A stretch of 64,000 bases of DNA from Acholeplasmataceae bacterium (GCA_963667565.1 OY763415.1:1024001-1088000); one strand, 5' to 3'; shown: positions 1-9,944, counted from the first letter of the stretch. Notes: generated by a model not told the origin, from the sequence alone. Numbers and translations: made by a program.

Positions 1-3000
1 TTTTAACATCTTCTCGTGACACGAAAGGTTTCTCCTTGCGATTTTCAATAATGTCATAAGCAACTTGTGCTCCTAATCCATCAATAGAACTAAATGGCAT
101 TCTTAAGCCGTCTTCTTCCATTAAGAAGGTCGTTGCATCTGATTTATTAATATCCACTGGTAAAAATTTAAAGCCACGTCTTGTCATTTCTAGTGCGACA
201 CCTAATGTAACTTGAAGTGCTTGCTCAGTTGCTTTTAAATTAAATTGTTTATCAAATTCAATGAGTTTGTTTCTAATTGCATTAGATCCTTTCATCATTG
301 TTTCATAATCAAATTGTGAAGCACGTTTTGAAAAAAATCCACTATAGAATAATAAGGGTTTATACACTTTGAACCAAGCAATACGCATCGCCATGATGAC
401 ATATGCTGTCGCATGTGCTTTAGGGAACATATATTTTATTTGAGTTGCAGACCAAATGTACCATTCTGGTACTTGATTAGTTCTCATTTCTTGTACATAA
501 TTTAACCATTTTGATGGTTCTTTACTAGGTTTTCCTTTTCTAACAAACTCCATTATTTCAAATGCTCTAAGTGGTAACAATCCTTGTTCAGATAATTGAA
601 CCATAATATCATCACGACATGCAATAATATCATCAAAAGAAACTTTTCCAAATTCAGTTTTTCCATTAATCAATGCTTGAGCATTAGATAACCAAACATC
701 TGTACCATGAGATAAACCTGATATTTTAACAAGTCCAGCAAATGTGTTTGGCTTTGTATCTATAAGCATTTGTCTTGTAAATGATGTACCAAACTCTGGA
801 ATTGCATATGATGCAACATCACTTAATATTTCATCAGATTTGACACCAATGATTTCAGTTCCACTAAATAATTTATATACTCTCGGATCATCAAGTGGTA
901 TATCTTGAGCTTTTGTAAATGGAAACTCATCTTGATGTAATGTGACATAATCCATTAAGAACTTAATCATCGTTGGATCATCATGTCCTAAGATATCAAG
1001 TTTTAAGAGATTTGCTTCAAATGAGTGATAATCAAAATGAGTTGTTTTCCATTCTGAATTTACATCATCTGCAGGATATTGAACAGGTGTAACGTCAAAA
1101 ATTGTTTTTGATTTAGGTACAATAACAATACCACCAGGATGTTGTCCTGTTGATCTTTTGACACCTTCTATTTTTTTAGCTAATCTTTCAATTTGTGCTG
1201 GTCGTTTAACAAGGTTCTTATCTTCTAAATAACCTTTGACGTAACCAAAAGCATTTCTTTCAGCAACTGTTTGTATTGTTCCTGCTCTAAATGTATGATC
1301 ATCTCCGATAAGTTCACGAACATAAGCATGTGCTTTTGACTGATAATCACCAGAAAAGTTTAAGTCAATATCAGGCACTTTATCACCATTAAAACCTAAG
1401 AAGGTTTCAAATGGAATATCATGACCATCTTTGATTAATGGTTCACCGCAAATTGGACAGTTTTGTGTTGGAAGATCATATCCTGATTGAACATGTTCAA
1501 AATAAGGTTGAAATGCTTTTTCTTCTTCGCTTATTCCATATTCGATTGCTTCTTCATCTGTGAGTTTAAAGACTGTAAAATCAGCATTTTTGCAACGATA
1601 ATGTGGTCTTAGTGGGTTAACTTCTGTAATATCAAGAAGTGTTGCTACAACTGATGATCCAACTGATCCTCTTGAGCCTACTAAATAGCCATCTTCAAGT
1701 GATTTTTTAACGAGTAGATGTGAAACATAGTAGTTAGGTGCAAAGCTGTTTTCAATAATATTTTTTAATTCTCTAGAAACACGTTTAGCAACAATTGGGT
1801 GTGGTTCATTTCCATAGAGTTGTTGCATTTTTTCAAGAACTAATCGTTTGACTTCACTAGATATACTTTGAATGCCTAATTGTTCTTTAAATGCATCATC
1901 AGGAAGTGAGTAAAGATCATTTGGAAATGCTTGAATCGGTTCAATCATTTGATTCAGTATATTTGTATTTTTAACAACAATTTCATATGCCAGTTCCGCA
2001 TCTAAAAAACTAAATGATTGTAACATTTCATCTGTCGTTAAAAAATATTGTTCTGGCATTTGTTTATATTTATTTAATTGATGGATACCTCCACCTACAA
2101 GCGGTGTTCTAATATAGATTTCTCTGTAGAGTACATCTTTTTTCTCTAAATAGTGTACATCTCCTGTAGCAATCACTATTTTATTCAATTCTTTAGCAGT
2201 TTTAATAATTTTCGCAATAATCGCTTCTATAATTTCATCTGCATATTGACCTAAATCTTGTTTTAAGTGTTGATAAGCTTGTGGTGGTTGTACTTCAATA
2301 TAATCATAATATTCAATTGCTTGTCTTAGTTGATCATCGCTTTGATTTAAAGCTGCTTCAAAGACATTACCATTTGCACATCCACTACCAATCAATAAAC
2401 CTTCTCTGTGTTTATCTAAAATCGATTTTAAAGTTCTTGGACCTTTATAAAAATGATCCGTTAAAGCATCTGATATGACCTTAAATAAGTTTTTGTATCC
2501 TTCTTGTGTTTGTGCCAATACATTTAAATGGTAAGGCATGACATGTTTCCATGCTTCTTTAACATCGATTGCTTGATTAAGCTCTTGATATTGTTTAATA
2601 TTAAGTTTAGACAAATCATGTAACATGAGTTGCCAAATTTGTGCAGTAACTTGTGCATCATCTTCGGCTCTATGGTGCTGTTCTTGTTTGACTTTAAAGA
2701 ATTTTGCTACTGCTTTTAAATTAAATCGATTAAGTTGATCACTATAAAAATATCTTGCTAAGCTTAAAGTATCAATGACTTTAGAGTCATTAAAATATAA
2801 GTCTAATTTTCTTGCATTTTCTCTAATATGTCCTACATCAAAAAGTGCATTATGCGCAACTAAAATCGCATCATTTGCAAATGCTAGAAATTGAGGTAGT
2901 GCTTCATCTATCGTTGGTGCACCTTTTAACATTTCATCAGTGATGTCTGTAAGTTCTGTTGTAAATGTGGATAGGGGTTCATTTGGATTTACAAACAATT

Positions 3001-4351
3001 GAAATGATTCTAATATTTCAGATTGTGTCATTTTAACTGCAGCTATTTCTATGATTTTATCTCTTGTTGAAGATAAACCCGTTGTTTCTATATCAAAGAC
3101 AACATAAGTTGCTTCTTTTAATAATATTTCTTCATTTGAATCTGTTGAGATTTTAAACTTTTCTTCATCAACAAAATCTAATTCAACTCCATAGATCGCT
3201 TTAATAGGTTTACCTTTAGTTGATTTATATATATCAGGATATGCATACAAACCATTATGATCTGTAAATGCAATCGCTTCATGCCCCCATCTTAGTGCTT
3301 GACCTACATAATCTGATACATCACCTATACCATCCATATTAGACATTTTGGTGTGTAAATGAAACTCAACTCTTTTTTCTTTTGACTTATCAACGCGTTC
3401 AACATTAGATTTAACTTTATCCATAAAATAAATGGCATCACAAAAAATGACAACATCTTTTTGGTATGTATCAAATGTTGCTCTTCCTTGTACTTGTAAA
3501 TAATCATCATCTTTAATTGAATCTGATAACTCAAAATCTTTTTGTCTACTTAAAAATTTCTTTACAGTAATTGCGTCTTCTTCATCACCTAAAACAAAAG
3601 TGAGGAGCGTTGTATTGGTTAATTTTCTAACTTCTTTTTTAGAGACAGTACCTTCAATTAAAAAGTTAGTGTCTCCTTTTTCATTTTTGTATTTATCTAA
3701 CTGATATTGATCAAGAGGTATTTCAGTTATTGGTACTGCCTTGGGTCTCGTTTTTTTAGAAAATACTTTTTTCTCTGAAATCACTTTTTCTTTAATTGCT
3801 AATTGTTCTTTTTGCTCTAAAACTTTCGCTTGCTCATCAATCGCTTTTGAGATTTTTTGTTTTGTCGGTGTTAACTTATCATCAATCTCAAATGTAATCT
3901 TTGTCTTTATTCCTAATCTAATGAGAACTTCTTCAATATCTTTAAAATAGCTATCTACATAAGTTGAATCTTTATCTACTAAAACAACGACATGTTGATC
4001 TTTATACTGTGCTTTAAAATTCTTAAGAACTAGAAAACTAGATTTAGATTTAGATACTTCAGTATAAGCATATTCATAAAATTTGATGATATATGCACTT
4101 AAACCATCAGTTTTTTCGTAATGAATGTGCGTTTTAACATGCTTAACAACATTTGGAATAAGAAAGAATGTCTTGATTTGTTCTAAAAAAGGAATTAAAA
4201 CATCAGGTCCTATAACATCCTCTAAAAGGATATCAAAAGTAAACGTTTGTGTTTTTGCATCAATAAGAACTTGTTGCAACTTCGATTGCTGAAGCACTGG
4301 ATGATTAAATTTTGATTGCTCTATGAATAAATCAAATTTATTGTTAGACAT
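1..4351 (-). CDS. polC: DNA polymerase III alpha subunit, PolC type (3' end runs off the window)
   Basis: Translated by hand; absent from the ORF track because there is no stop in the window. ATG at 4351 after an AAAAGGAG RBS, and the frame matches the codon frame at position 2. Motifs: PHP VEFHLHTKMS, exonuclease YVVFDIETTGLS, GYLVGSRGSVGSS, DIPFETFLGFNGDKVPDIDLNFSG. Confidence 0.97.
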   Translation of the reverse strand, partial: MSNNKFDLFIEQSKFNHPVLQQSKLQQVLIDAKTQTFTFDILLEDVIGPDVLIPFLEQIKTFFLIPNVVKHVKTHIHYEKTDGLSAYIIKFYEYAYTEVSKSKSSFLVLKNFKAQYKDQHVVVLVDKDSTYVDSYFKDIEEVLIRLGIKTKITFEIDDKLTPTKQKISKAIDEQAKVLEQKEQLAIKEKVISEKKVFSKKTRPKAVPITEIPLDQYQLDKYKNEKGDTNFLIEGTVSKKEVRKLTNTTLLTFVLGDEEDAITVKKFLSRQKDFELSDSIKDDDYLQVQGRATFDTYQKDVVIFCDAIYFMDKVKSNVERVDKSKEKRVEFHLHTKMSNMDGIGDVSDYVGQALRWGHEAIAFTDHNGLYAYPDIYKSTKGKPIKAIYGVELDFVDEEKFKISTDSNEEILLKEATYVVFDIETTGLSSTRDKIIEIAAVKMTQSEILESFQLFVNPNEPLSTFTTELTDITDEMLKGAPTIDEALPQFLAFANDAILVAHNALFDVGHIRENARKLDLYFNDSKVIDTLSLARYFYSDQLNRFNLKAVAKFFKVKQEQHHRAEDDAQVTAQIWQLMLHDLSKLNIKQYQELNQAIDVKEAWKHVMPYHLNVLAQTQEGYKNLFKVISDALTDHFYKGPRTLKSILDKHREGLLIGSGCANGNVFEAALNQSDDQLRQAIEYYDYIEVQPPQAYQHLKQDLGQYADEIIEAIIAKIIKTAKELNKIVIATGDVHYLEKKDVLYREIYIRTPLVGGGIHQLNKYKQMPEQYFLTTDEMLQSFSFLDAELAYEIVVKNTNILNQMIEPIQAFPNDLYSLPDDAFKEQLGIQSISSEVKRLVLEKMQQLYGNEPHPIVAKRVSRELKNIIENSFAPNYYVSHLLVKKSLEDGYLVGSRGSVGSSVVATLLDITEVNPLRPHYRCKNADFTVFKLTDEEAIEYGISEEEKAFQPYFEHVQSGYDLPTQNCPICGEPLIKDGHDIPFETFLGFNGDKVPDIDLNFSGDYQSKAHAYVRELIGDDHTFRAGTIQTVAERNAFGYVKGYLEDKNLVKRPAQIERLAKKIEGVKRSTGQHPGGIVIVPKSKTIFDVTPVQYPADDVNSEWKTTHFDYHSFEANLLKLDILGHDDPTMIKFLMDYVTLHQDEFPFTKAQDIPLDDPRVYKLFSGTEIIGVKSDEILSDVASYAIPEFGTSFTRQMLIDTKPNTFAGLVKISGLSHGTDVWLSNAQALINGKTEFGKVSFDDIIACRDDIMVQLSEQGLLPLRAFEIMEFVRKGKPSKEPSKWLNYVQEMRTNQVPEWYIWSATQIKYMFPKAHATAYVIMAMRIAWFKVYKPLLFYSGFFSKRASQFDYETMMKGSNAIRNKLIEFDKQFNLKATEQALQVTLGVALEMTRRGFKFLPVDINKSDATTFLMEEDGLRMPFSSIDGLGAQVAYDIIENRKEKPFVSREDVK

Positions 4352-5126
4352 GTGGTGCTTCTCCTTTTGGAAATATTTTTATCTTTCTATATGCCCAGAA
4401 ATGATAACCATAAACTAATATCATACTGATTGCATTTAAAGAATATAGTCCTAAAAGTATTAAAACAAAATTTGAAAAAATATAGATTGTTGAAATGTAT
4501 GTAGACATTTTAAATCTTATCTTAAATGGAATTCTTATCATTGGTGATAGCAAGCTTGATAATAAAGTCATAATAAAAATAACAACCATGAAATCCACAA
4601 CATAAATGAAATATTGAACAATCATGTCAAATGCAAATAAGAATGTTTGTTGTTCATAGACATCTTTTAACGCGATAGAAATTTGTGAAATATCTTCTGA
4701 TTGTGTAGATGTAAAATCATGTGTTCTAAAATTTAATGCTTGATATGTCATAAAATCTAATTGTTGATCTGCAAGATAAACGCCAATACCTTCACTCTCG
4801 AAATTGAAAGTAACTACATATGGACTTTTGATCTCACCAATAGAAATATTGAAATTCTGTAGTTCAATCGTTTTTGTCTCGCCATAAGTTAAACTATAAT
4901 CATTTAAAGTCACGTCATCAAATCTAAAGTCTGTGAGCATTGCCCTTGATATATCTTCATACATATATACTGCCATAGTCGGTTGTACACTTAAGACAAT
5001 AATACCTGGCAAAATCAAGAAAAAAGGGAGTAAAAATATATATAGAAATATTTTAGACCACGCATCTTTTGCAAAAAAAATAGCCATTGATGGGTTTGAT
5101 AAACTTGTCATGATTTTTCTAAGCAT
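4344..5126 (-). CDS. DUF1189-like membrane protein
   Basis: 260 aa: N-terminal TM, soluble loop, about three C-terminal TMs. Same architecture as 36406..37218. Its stop overlaps the polC start. Confidence 0.55.
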   Translation of the reverse strand: MLRKIMTSLSNPSMAIFFAKDAWSKIFLYIFLLPFFLILPGIIVLSVQPTMAVYMYEDISRAMLTDFRFDDVTLNDYSLTYGETKTIELQNFNISIGEIKSPYVVTFNFESEGIGVYLADQQLDFMTYQALNFRTHDFTSTQSEDISQISIALKDVYEQQTFLFAFDMIVQYFIYVVDFMVVIFIMTLLSSLLSPMIRIPFKIRFKMSTYISTIYIFSNFVLILLGLYSLNAISMILVYGYHFWAYRKIKIFPKGEAPHV

Positions 5127-5196
5127 GTGGTCAACTCCTTTGTTGTTTTATTATATCATATTTATCATTATATGATAAAATGAATTTGGTGAAAAT

Positions 5197-6141
5197 ATGA
5201 ATTTAATGAATCATGAAAAACATTATGTAACTCTTCATAATTATTATAAAAATAAATACCATACTAAGGTTTATAAAATTGCTCTCAATGGTGGTTTTAC
5301 TTGCCCTAATATTGATGGAACAGTTGCATCTGGTGGATGTACTTTTTGTTCATACATGGGTTCTGGCGACTTTGCTGGTAATAAAAGACTTCCTCTAAAA
5401 CAGCAATTTGAAGATATTAAAGAAATGATGCAACTCAAATGGAAAGATGGTTTATATATTGTATACTTTCAAGCAAACACCAATACACATGCCCCACTTT
5501 CTGTATTAAAAGAACTCTATGAAGAAGCAATCACATTAGATGAAAAAATCGTAATGTTATCCATTGCAACCAGACCTGATTCTTTGCCAATAGATGTACT
5601 TGATTATTTAGGTGAATTAAATCAAAGAATGCCATTACAAATTGAATTAGGTTTACAAACCATACATCAAAAAACAAGTGATTTAATCAACCGAGCACAC
5701 GACTTAAAATGCTTTGATGAGGCTGTAAAAGCACTAAGAGATAGACATATAGAAGTTGTTGTACACATCATTAATGGTCTTCCAGGCGAAACCAAAGAAA
5801 TGATGTTAGAAACAATTAAACATATCAACACTTTAGATATTCAAGGTATCAAAATACATATGCTGCATTTGATGCAAAAAACAAAAATGGGACATGACTA
5901 TTTGAAAAACCCTTGGCATATGCTCACTTTAGAAGAGTATGTTGATATCACTGTTGATCAAATATTATGGTTAAGAAAAGATATCATCATTCATAGACTG
6001 ACCGGTGATGCACCTTCTAAGATGCTCATTGCACCTGAATGGACAAGAAAAAAATTTGTCGTTACAAATGAAATTGATAAACGCATGAGATTATTAAATC
6101 TATATCAAGGAGATTATTATGAACAAGCACTCAATCGTTGA
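5197..6141 (+). CDS. ytqA: TIGR01212-family radical SAM protein (YtqA/YhcC, MnmL-like)
   Basis: GFTCPNIDGTVASGGCTFC, YFQANTNT, TRPD, ELGLQT, IKIHMLH, IHRLTGD motifs; adjacent to a ytqB-like gene. Confidence 0.88.
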   Translation: MNLMNHEKHYVTLHNYYKNKYHTKVYKIALNGGFTCPNIDGTVASGGCTFCSYMGSGDFAGNKRLPLKQQFEDIKEMMQLKWKDGLYIVYFQANTNTHAPLSVLKELYEEAITLDEKIVMLSIATRPDSLPIDVLDYLGELNQRMPLQIELGLQTIHQKTSDLINRAHDLKCFDEAVKALRDRHIEVVVHIINGLPGETKEMMLETIKHINTLDIQGIKIHMLHLMQKTKMGHDYLKNPWHMLTLEEYVDITVDQILWLRKDIIIHRLTGDAPSKMLIAPEWTRKKFVVTNEIDKRMRLLNLYQGDYYEQALNR

Positions 6142-6664
6142 GCTTTCTCATCTATTGTTGCGTGATGTTATTAAGCCTCATCATGTGATCATTGATGCTA
6201 CTGTAGGGCATGGTTATGATACACTTTATATTGCATCATTAGCCGATAAAGTGATTGGTTTTGATATCCAAAAATTAGCAATTGATTCGACTATGGAAAA
6301 AATTATTCATATGCACCTTGATAATGTTGAACTTATATTAGATTCACATAGAAATTACCAACAATATGTATCTTCTTATGATGGTGTAGTGTTTAATTTA
6401 GGATACTTGCCACATGGCGATAAGAAGATTCATACTCAAAGTGAAGAGACGGTGCATACCATCAAATCAATGCTAGATAATTTAAACTCGCTTGGATTTA
6501 TGTTGATAGTTGTTTATCCTGGACATGATGAAGGATATCAGGAATCATTAATGATTGATTCTTTAATATCTTCATTAGATCGTCATCAGTTTCATACACT
6601 AAAACTCACACTTCCATATCAGCCAAATAATCCACCTTATATCCTACATATTTTAAAAACATAA
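6119..6664 (+). CDS. ytqB: Class I SAM methyltransferase (YtqB/MnmM-like tRNA methyltransferase)
   Basis: IDATVGHGYDT, GFDIQ, FNLGYLPHGDK, YPGH motifs; overlaps ytqA. Confidence 0.85.
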   Translation: MNKHSIVELSHLLLRDVIKPHHVIIDATVGHGYDTLYIASLADKVIGFDIQKLAIDSTMEKIIHMHLDNVELILDSHRNYQQYVSSYDGVVFNLGYLPHGDKKIHTQSEETVHTIKSMLDNLNSLGFMLIVVYPGHDEGYQESLMIDSLISSLDRHQFHTLKLTLPYQPNNPPYILHILKT

Positions 6665-6691
6665 AAAGCCACCTATAAGATGGCTTTTTTT
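6663..6691. terminator. Bidirectional intrinsic terminator
   Basis: AAAAAGCCA...TGGCTTTTTT between convergent genes. Confidence 0.75.
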
Positions 6692-6719
6692 ATTGCCCAT
6701 AAAGGGACATTATGGGAGA

Positions 6720-7706
6720 TTAGGATTCGGAATTTTGAAATTGATCAATTGCATCACCAATGTCTTTTATGCGATGATCTCTGTTTTGAATCCAGCTTTG
6801 TACTTTTGATTGAAACATTGAAGTTCTTTGTTCCATCAATTGTTGATAAATTGCAACTTGCTCTTGAGTTTTTGCTCTATACTCTAATCTAAGAGTTTCC
6901 ATAGCTTGGAATAAGTTAACTTTTAACTCATCAAGTTGGGTTTGGAGTTGTGCAAGTTCTGCTTCAAGAGCAGTTGTATCATCTGTAGAAGCTTGAATTT
7001 GAGCATTAATCATTTCCATTTGTGCTTCTATCGCTTGAATTTGAGGTACATAAGTGTTTCTTATTTCCTCTCTTGCTTGAATAAATTCCTCTTTATATGT
7101 ATTTAACACATTCATCGCTTGTTCTTTAGCATCTTTTAGAATGTCAATAAGATCTTGTTGATCCATGGTTAAAGCACTTTCTAAAGTAATTTCATCATCA
7201 ACATAAGTTACTGAATATGCAAGGCATAAAAATTGTGGAGATACGCCATAGCTTTCAGCTTCTTCTATGAATGCTTCAGTGAATACTTTATCCTGTGCTT
7301 TACCCATCATCACACGATTTTTAAATGCTAAATTGATTGCTGCCATAACTCTATTTTTAATCTGTTCACCAATGGCAAGATCTGAAGTAGTTGAAACTGA
7401 AACATATGTTTCTTCTGCATCAACATCAATATAACCTAATTCGATTGCTTTTCCAATAATTAGATCCATCGCATCATCAACATTTAGACCAACAAGTGAT
7501 AAATCTAATAATAATATTTCTGCATCTTCATTTAATGCATTTGCATAGACAACAATATCTTTTTCATTAACGATTAACTCAATAGATGGATTAATATCAA
7601 TTGTCACATATGCTTCTGCAGCACTTACAGAACCACTACAACCAACGATTGCTAGTATTAAACTAAACATAGCAACAAAACTTAAAATAATTTTAGATTT
7701 TTTCAT
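6720..7706 (-). CDS. Lipoprotein with an RsgI-like extracytoplasmic (DINPS) domain and a C-terminal coiled coil
   Basis: Signal peptide with lipobox IVGC; YVTIDINPSIELIVN...ALNEDA...GYI is typical of the RsgI juxtamembrane domain; heptad-rich Q/E/A C-terminus. Confidence 0.65.
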   Translation of the reverse strand: MKKSKIILSFVAMFSLILAIVGCSGSVSAAEAYVTIDINPSIELIVNEKDIVVYANALNEDAEILLLDLSLVGLNVDDAMDLIIGKAIELGYIDVDAEETYVSVSTTSDLAIGEQIKNRVMAAINLAFKNRVMMGKAQDKVFTEAFIEEAESYGVSPQFLCLAYSVTYVDDEITLESALTMDQQDLIDILKDAKEQAMNVLNTYKEEFIQAREEIRNTYVPQIQAIEAQMEMINAQIQASTDDTTALEAELAQLQTQLDELKVNLFQAMETLRLEYRAKTQEQVAIYQQLMEQRTSMFQSKVQSWIQNRDHRIKDIGDAIDQFQNSES

Positions 7707-7731
7707 ATCTAATACCTCCTCTACATTAATA

Positions 7732-7760
7732 ATACAAACGAGGTTAATTATTTATTGGAA
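7732..7760 (-). promoter_or_regulatory. Candidate ECF-sigma promoter TTCCAATAAA-N13-TTGTAT
   Basis: Identical boxes and spacing to the motif upstream of the ECF gene (9313..9341). Confidence 0.6.
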
Positions 7761-7762
7761 AA

Positions 7763-8785
7763 TTAACGATGCCAATTTCCACGAACAGTAGTCATTGTAT
7801 AAGATTGTCCACCTTGAGGTGTAACCTCAACGATATATTGACTAGGATCCATTTGAGAAACCATGATTGCCATTTGACCTAAATGTCCATCAACATCATA
7901 ATTAATTGCCAAATACTTTCTGTTCATCATACCAATGGCAATTTGAAATTCATATGATCCGCTAGCTGCGCTATTAACAAAGTCTAATGAAATAGCAGAT
8001 GTTGTTTCAAATGCTATGTTAACTTCTTCTTCTAAGACATCATTTGAATAGTTCTTAACTTGATATTTAAACGTTGCACCATCTTTTTGATATAAAACTT
8101 CTACATATCTAGTTTCATTCTGATAAGTTTTAGTCAAAATAGATTTTGTTTCTATATTATATTGTATTTCTAATTGATATACTTGTTCATCTTTATCAAC
8201 ATGACCTGTAATATAGTAAATGTTTCCAGCTTTTTCTGTTTTTTCATATTCGATTTGATATGTTGACGCTTCATCTTCTAAATTACTAGATGTATACATC
8301 ACTTGATAACGTTTTGAAAACATATGCATTCTTTGTTTAGAAATACTATAATTATTTGAAGTGCTCATTACATTTTCAATCACACCTAAATATTTTGTTA
8401 AGTGGTTTACTTCTGTTTCAATAGTCGTATCTGTCGAAAGATTACTATTTGATAATAATTGTACTTCATCAATTGTATTAAGTGATTCAACTGCAATTGT
8501 TGATGATGTCATAGTAGATAGGACAACGGCTTCAACGATTGTATCATCTGTGATTGGATCACTTTGGTTTATAGAAATAAATCCGAAAGTAAATGCTAGT
8601 AGGACAACAGCTGTTAAGCTTAAGCTCATCGCAAGTTTAAAATTAAAGCGTTTTGGTCTGTCTATAATCGCTTGTTGATTTGGTACCAAACTGTTTAATT
8701 TATCTTTGATGTTTGAAGATACGTTTGGTATCACGATTTGTTTAGATTCAGTTTTTAACATATGTTTTAAATCTTTTGTTCTCAT
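7763..8785 (-). CDS. Putative anti-sigma factor (short basic cytoplasmic N-terminus, one TM, large extracellular domain)
   Basis: TGATG overlap with the ECF stop codon; single TM at about aa 52-74. Confidence 0.55.
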   Translation of the reverse strand: MRTKDLKHMLKTESKQIVIPNVSSNIKDKLNSLVPNQQAIIDRPKRFNFKLAMSLSLTAVVLLAFTFGFISINQSDPITDDTIVEAVVLSTMTSSTIAVESLNTIDEVQLLSNSNLSTDTTIETEVNHLTKYLGVIENVMSTSNNYSISKQRMHMFSKRYQVMYTSSNLEDEASTYQIEYEKTEKAGNIYYITGHVDKDEQVYQLEIQYNIETKSILTKTYQNETRYVEVLYQKDGATFKYQVKNYSNDVLEEEVNIAFETTSAISLDFVNSAASGSYEFQIAIGMMNRKYLAINYDVDGHLGQMAIMVSQMDPSQYIVEVTPQGGQSYTMTTVRGNWHR

Positions 8786-9291
8786 CAAACATCACCTACT
8801 TTCGTTTTTAAATCTTTGATTGCATTATTGTAATGCCACAGCACTGTACCTAATGGCATTTTTAAAATATCTGCAATTTCTTTAAATTTTAATTCGTTAA
8901 TCACATGCATAATGACGATATCTCTTTTCGTTTCATCTAATGTATCTAACAAATCAAGAACACCTACATTTTCATCGACGCGATCAGTTGAAGGGATATA
9001 ATGAAACATTTCTTCATCATGTATTTCACGTTTCGCCTTATTGTAGTGATTTATGGCAAGATTTCTTCCAATCGTTGTCAAATATGCATAAACACTCTTT
9101 GTTGGATCATATTGTGAAATTTTTTCAATAAATTTCATATATGTATCTTGCATTAAATCTTGTGCGACATCTTGACTCTTTACAATAGAGATGATTGAAA
9201 AATACACTTGACGTTCAGTCAACTGATAGAATTCATCAAAATGTCTGTAATCTTGATTTTGAAATTCTAAAATTATATTTTTAATCTTCAT
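8785..9291 (-). CDS. ECF-type RNA polymerase sigma factor
   Basis: Region 2 AQDLMQDTYMK / YLTTIGRNLAINH; region 4 LKFKEIADILKMPLGTV. Start placed at ATG 9291 behind a GAGGGA RBS. Confidence 0.92.
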   Translation of the reverse strand: MKIKNIILEFQNQDYRHFDEFYQLTERQVYFSIISIVKSQDVAQDLMQDTYMKFIEKISQYDPTKSVYAYLTTIGRNLAINHYNKAKREIHDEEMFHYIPSTDRVDENVGVLDLLDTLDETKRDIVIMHVINELKFKEIADILKMPLGTVLWHYNNAIKDLKTKVGDV

Positions 9292-9312
9292 AATGTCCCT
9301 CTTACACCATAT

Positions 9313-9341
9313 ATACAATTTGATATGGATTTTTATTGGAA
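9313..9341 (-). promoter_or_regulatory. Candidate autoregulatory ECF promoter TTCCAATAAA-N13-TTGTAT
   Basis: Second copy of the bipartite motif, about 20 nt upstream of the ECF start. Confidence 0.6.
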
Positions 9342-9344
9342 TTT

Positions 9345-9869
9345 CTATTTTTTAACATAAATTACTTTAACGATACCATCTTTATATGTATCGGTTTTGA
9401 CTAGTTTTAAATCTTGAGGTATTTCGTGTTTTAAAAACAATTTGATTCCGTCTCCTAAAAGTGTAGGAATGATAGAGATATGAAATTCATCAATTAAATG
9501 ATGACGAAGCATAAGTTCAATGACTTGTGCACCACCAATCAAGAAAATATCTTTTTTAGATGACGATTTAATTTGGGTCATCATATTGTCAATATCATCT
9601 ACATAAATCACTTTATCTTTAGAGTTTAATTTTTTATGTGTGAGTACATAAGTCATTTGATCTTTATATGGATATTCATCACCAAATGTTAGGACTTGAT
9701 CGTATGTTTTTTTACCCATAATAACTGTATCGATATGATCCATAAACAAGTGATAGCCATAATCTTCTCCATCTTTACCAAAAGATGCTAAAAAATCAAT
9801 GTCACCATTTGTATCTGCGATGTATCCATCTAAAGTCATTGCGATATATAATTTAACTTTTTGACTCAT
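9345..9869 (-). CDS. Dihydrofolate-reductase-like protein (RibD C-terminal family)
   Basis: YIAMTLDGYIA, VIMGKKTY, IGGA, LIDEFHISIIPTLLGDGIKLF. Confidence 0.85.
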   Translation of the reverse strand: MSQKVKLYIAMTLDGYIADTNGDIDFLASFGKDGEDYGYHLFMDHIDTVIMGKKTYDQVLTFGDEYPYKDQMTYVLTHKKLNSKDKVIYVDDIDNMMTQIKSSSKKDIFLIGGAQVIELMLRHHLIDEFHISIIPTLLGDGIKLFLKHEIPQDLKLVKTDTYKDGIVKVIYVKK

Positions 9870-9885
9870 TTAAAGACTCCTTATG

Positions 9886-9938
9886 AAAAAAGTTTATCTA
9901 AACTTGAAACATAATGTTCAAAAAATAAGATAAACTTT
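9886..9938 (-). terminator. Probable leuS terminator
   Basis: AAAGTTTATCT / AGATAAACTTT inverted repeat right after the leuS stop; long loop. Confidence 0.5.
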
Positions 9939-9944
9939 CTTATG

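Noticed and set aside
2281..3950. Short ORFs 2281..2478, 3325..3534 and 3741..3950
   Set aside because: They lie within polC, antisense or off-frame, with no recognisable motifs.
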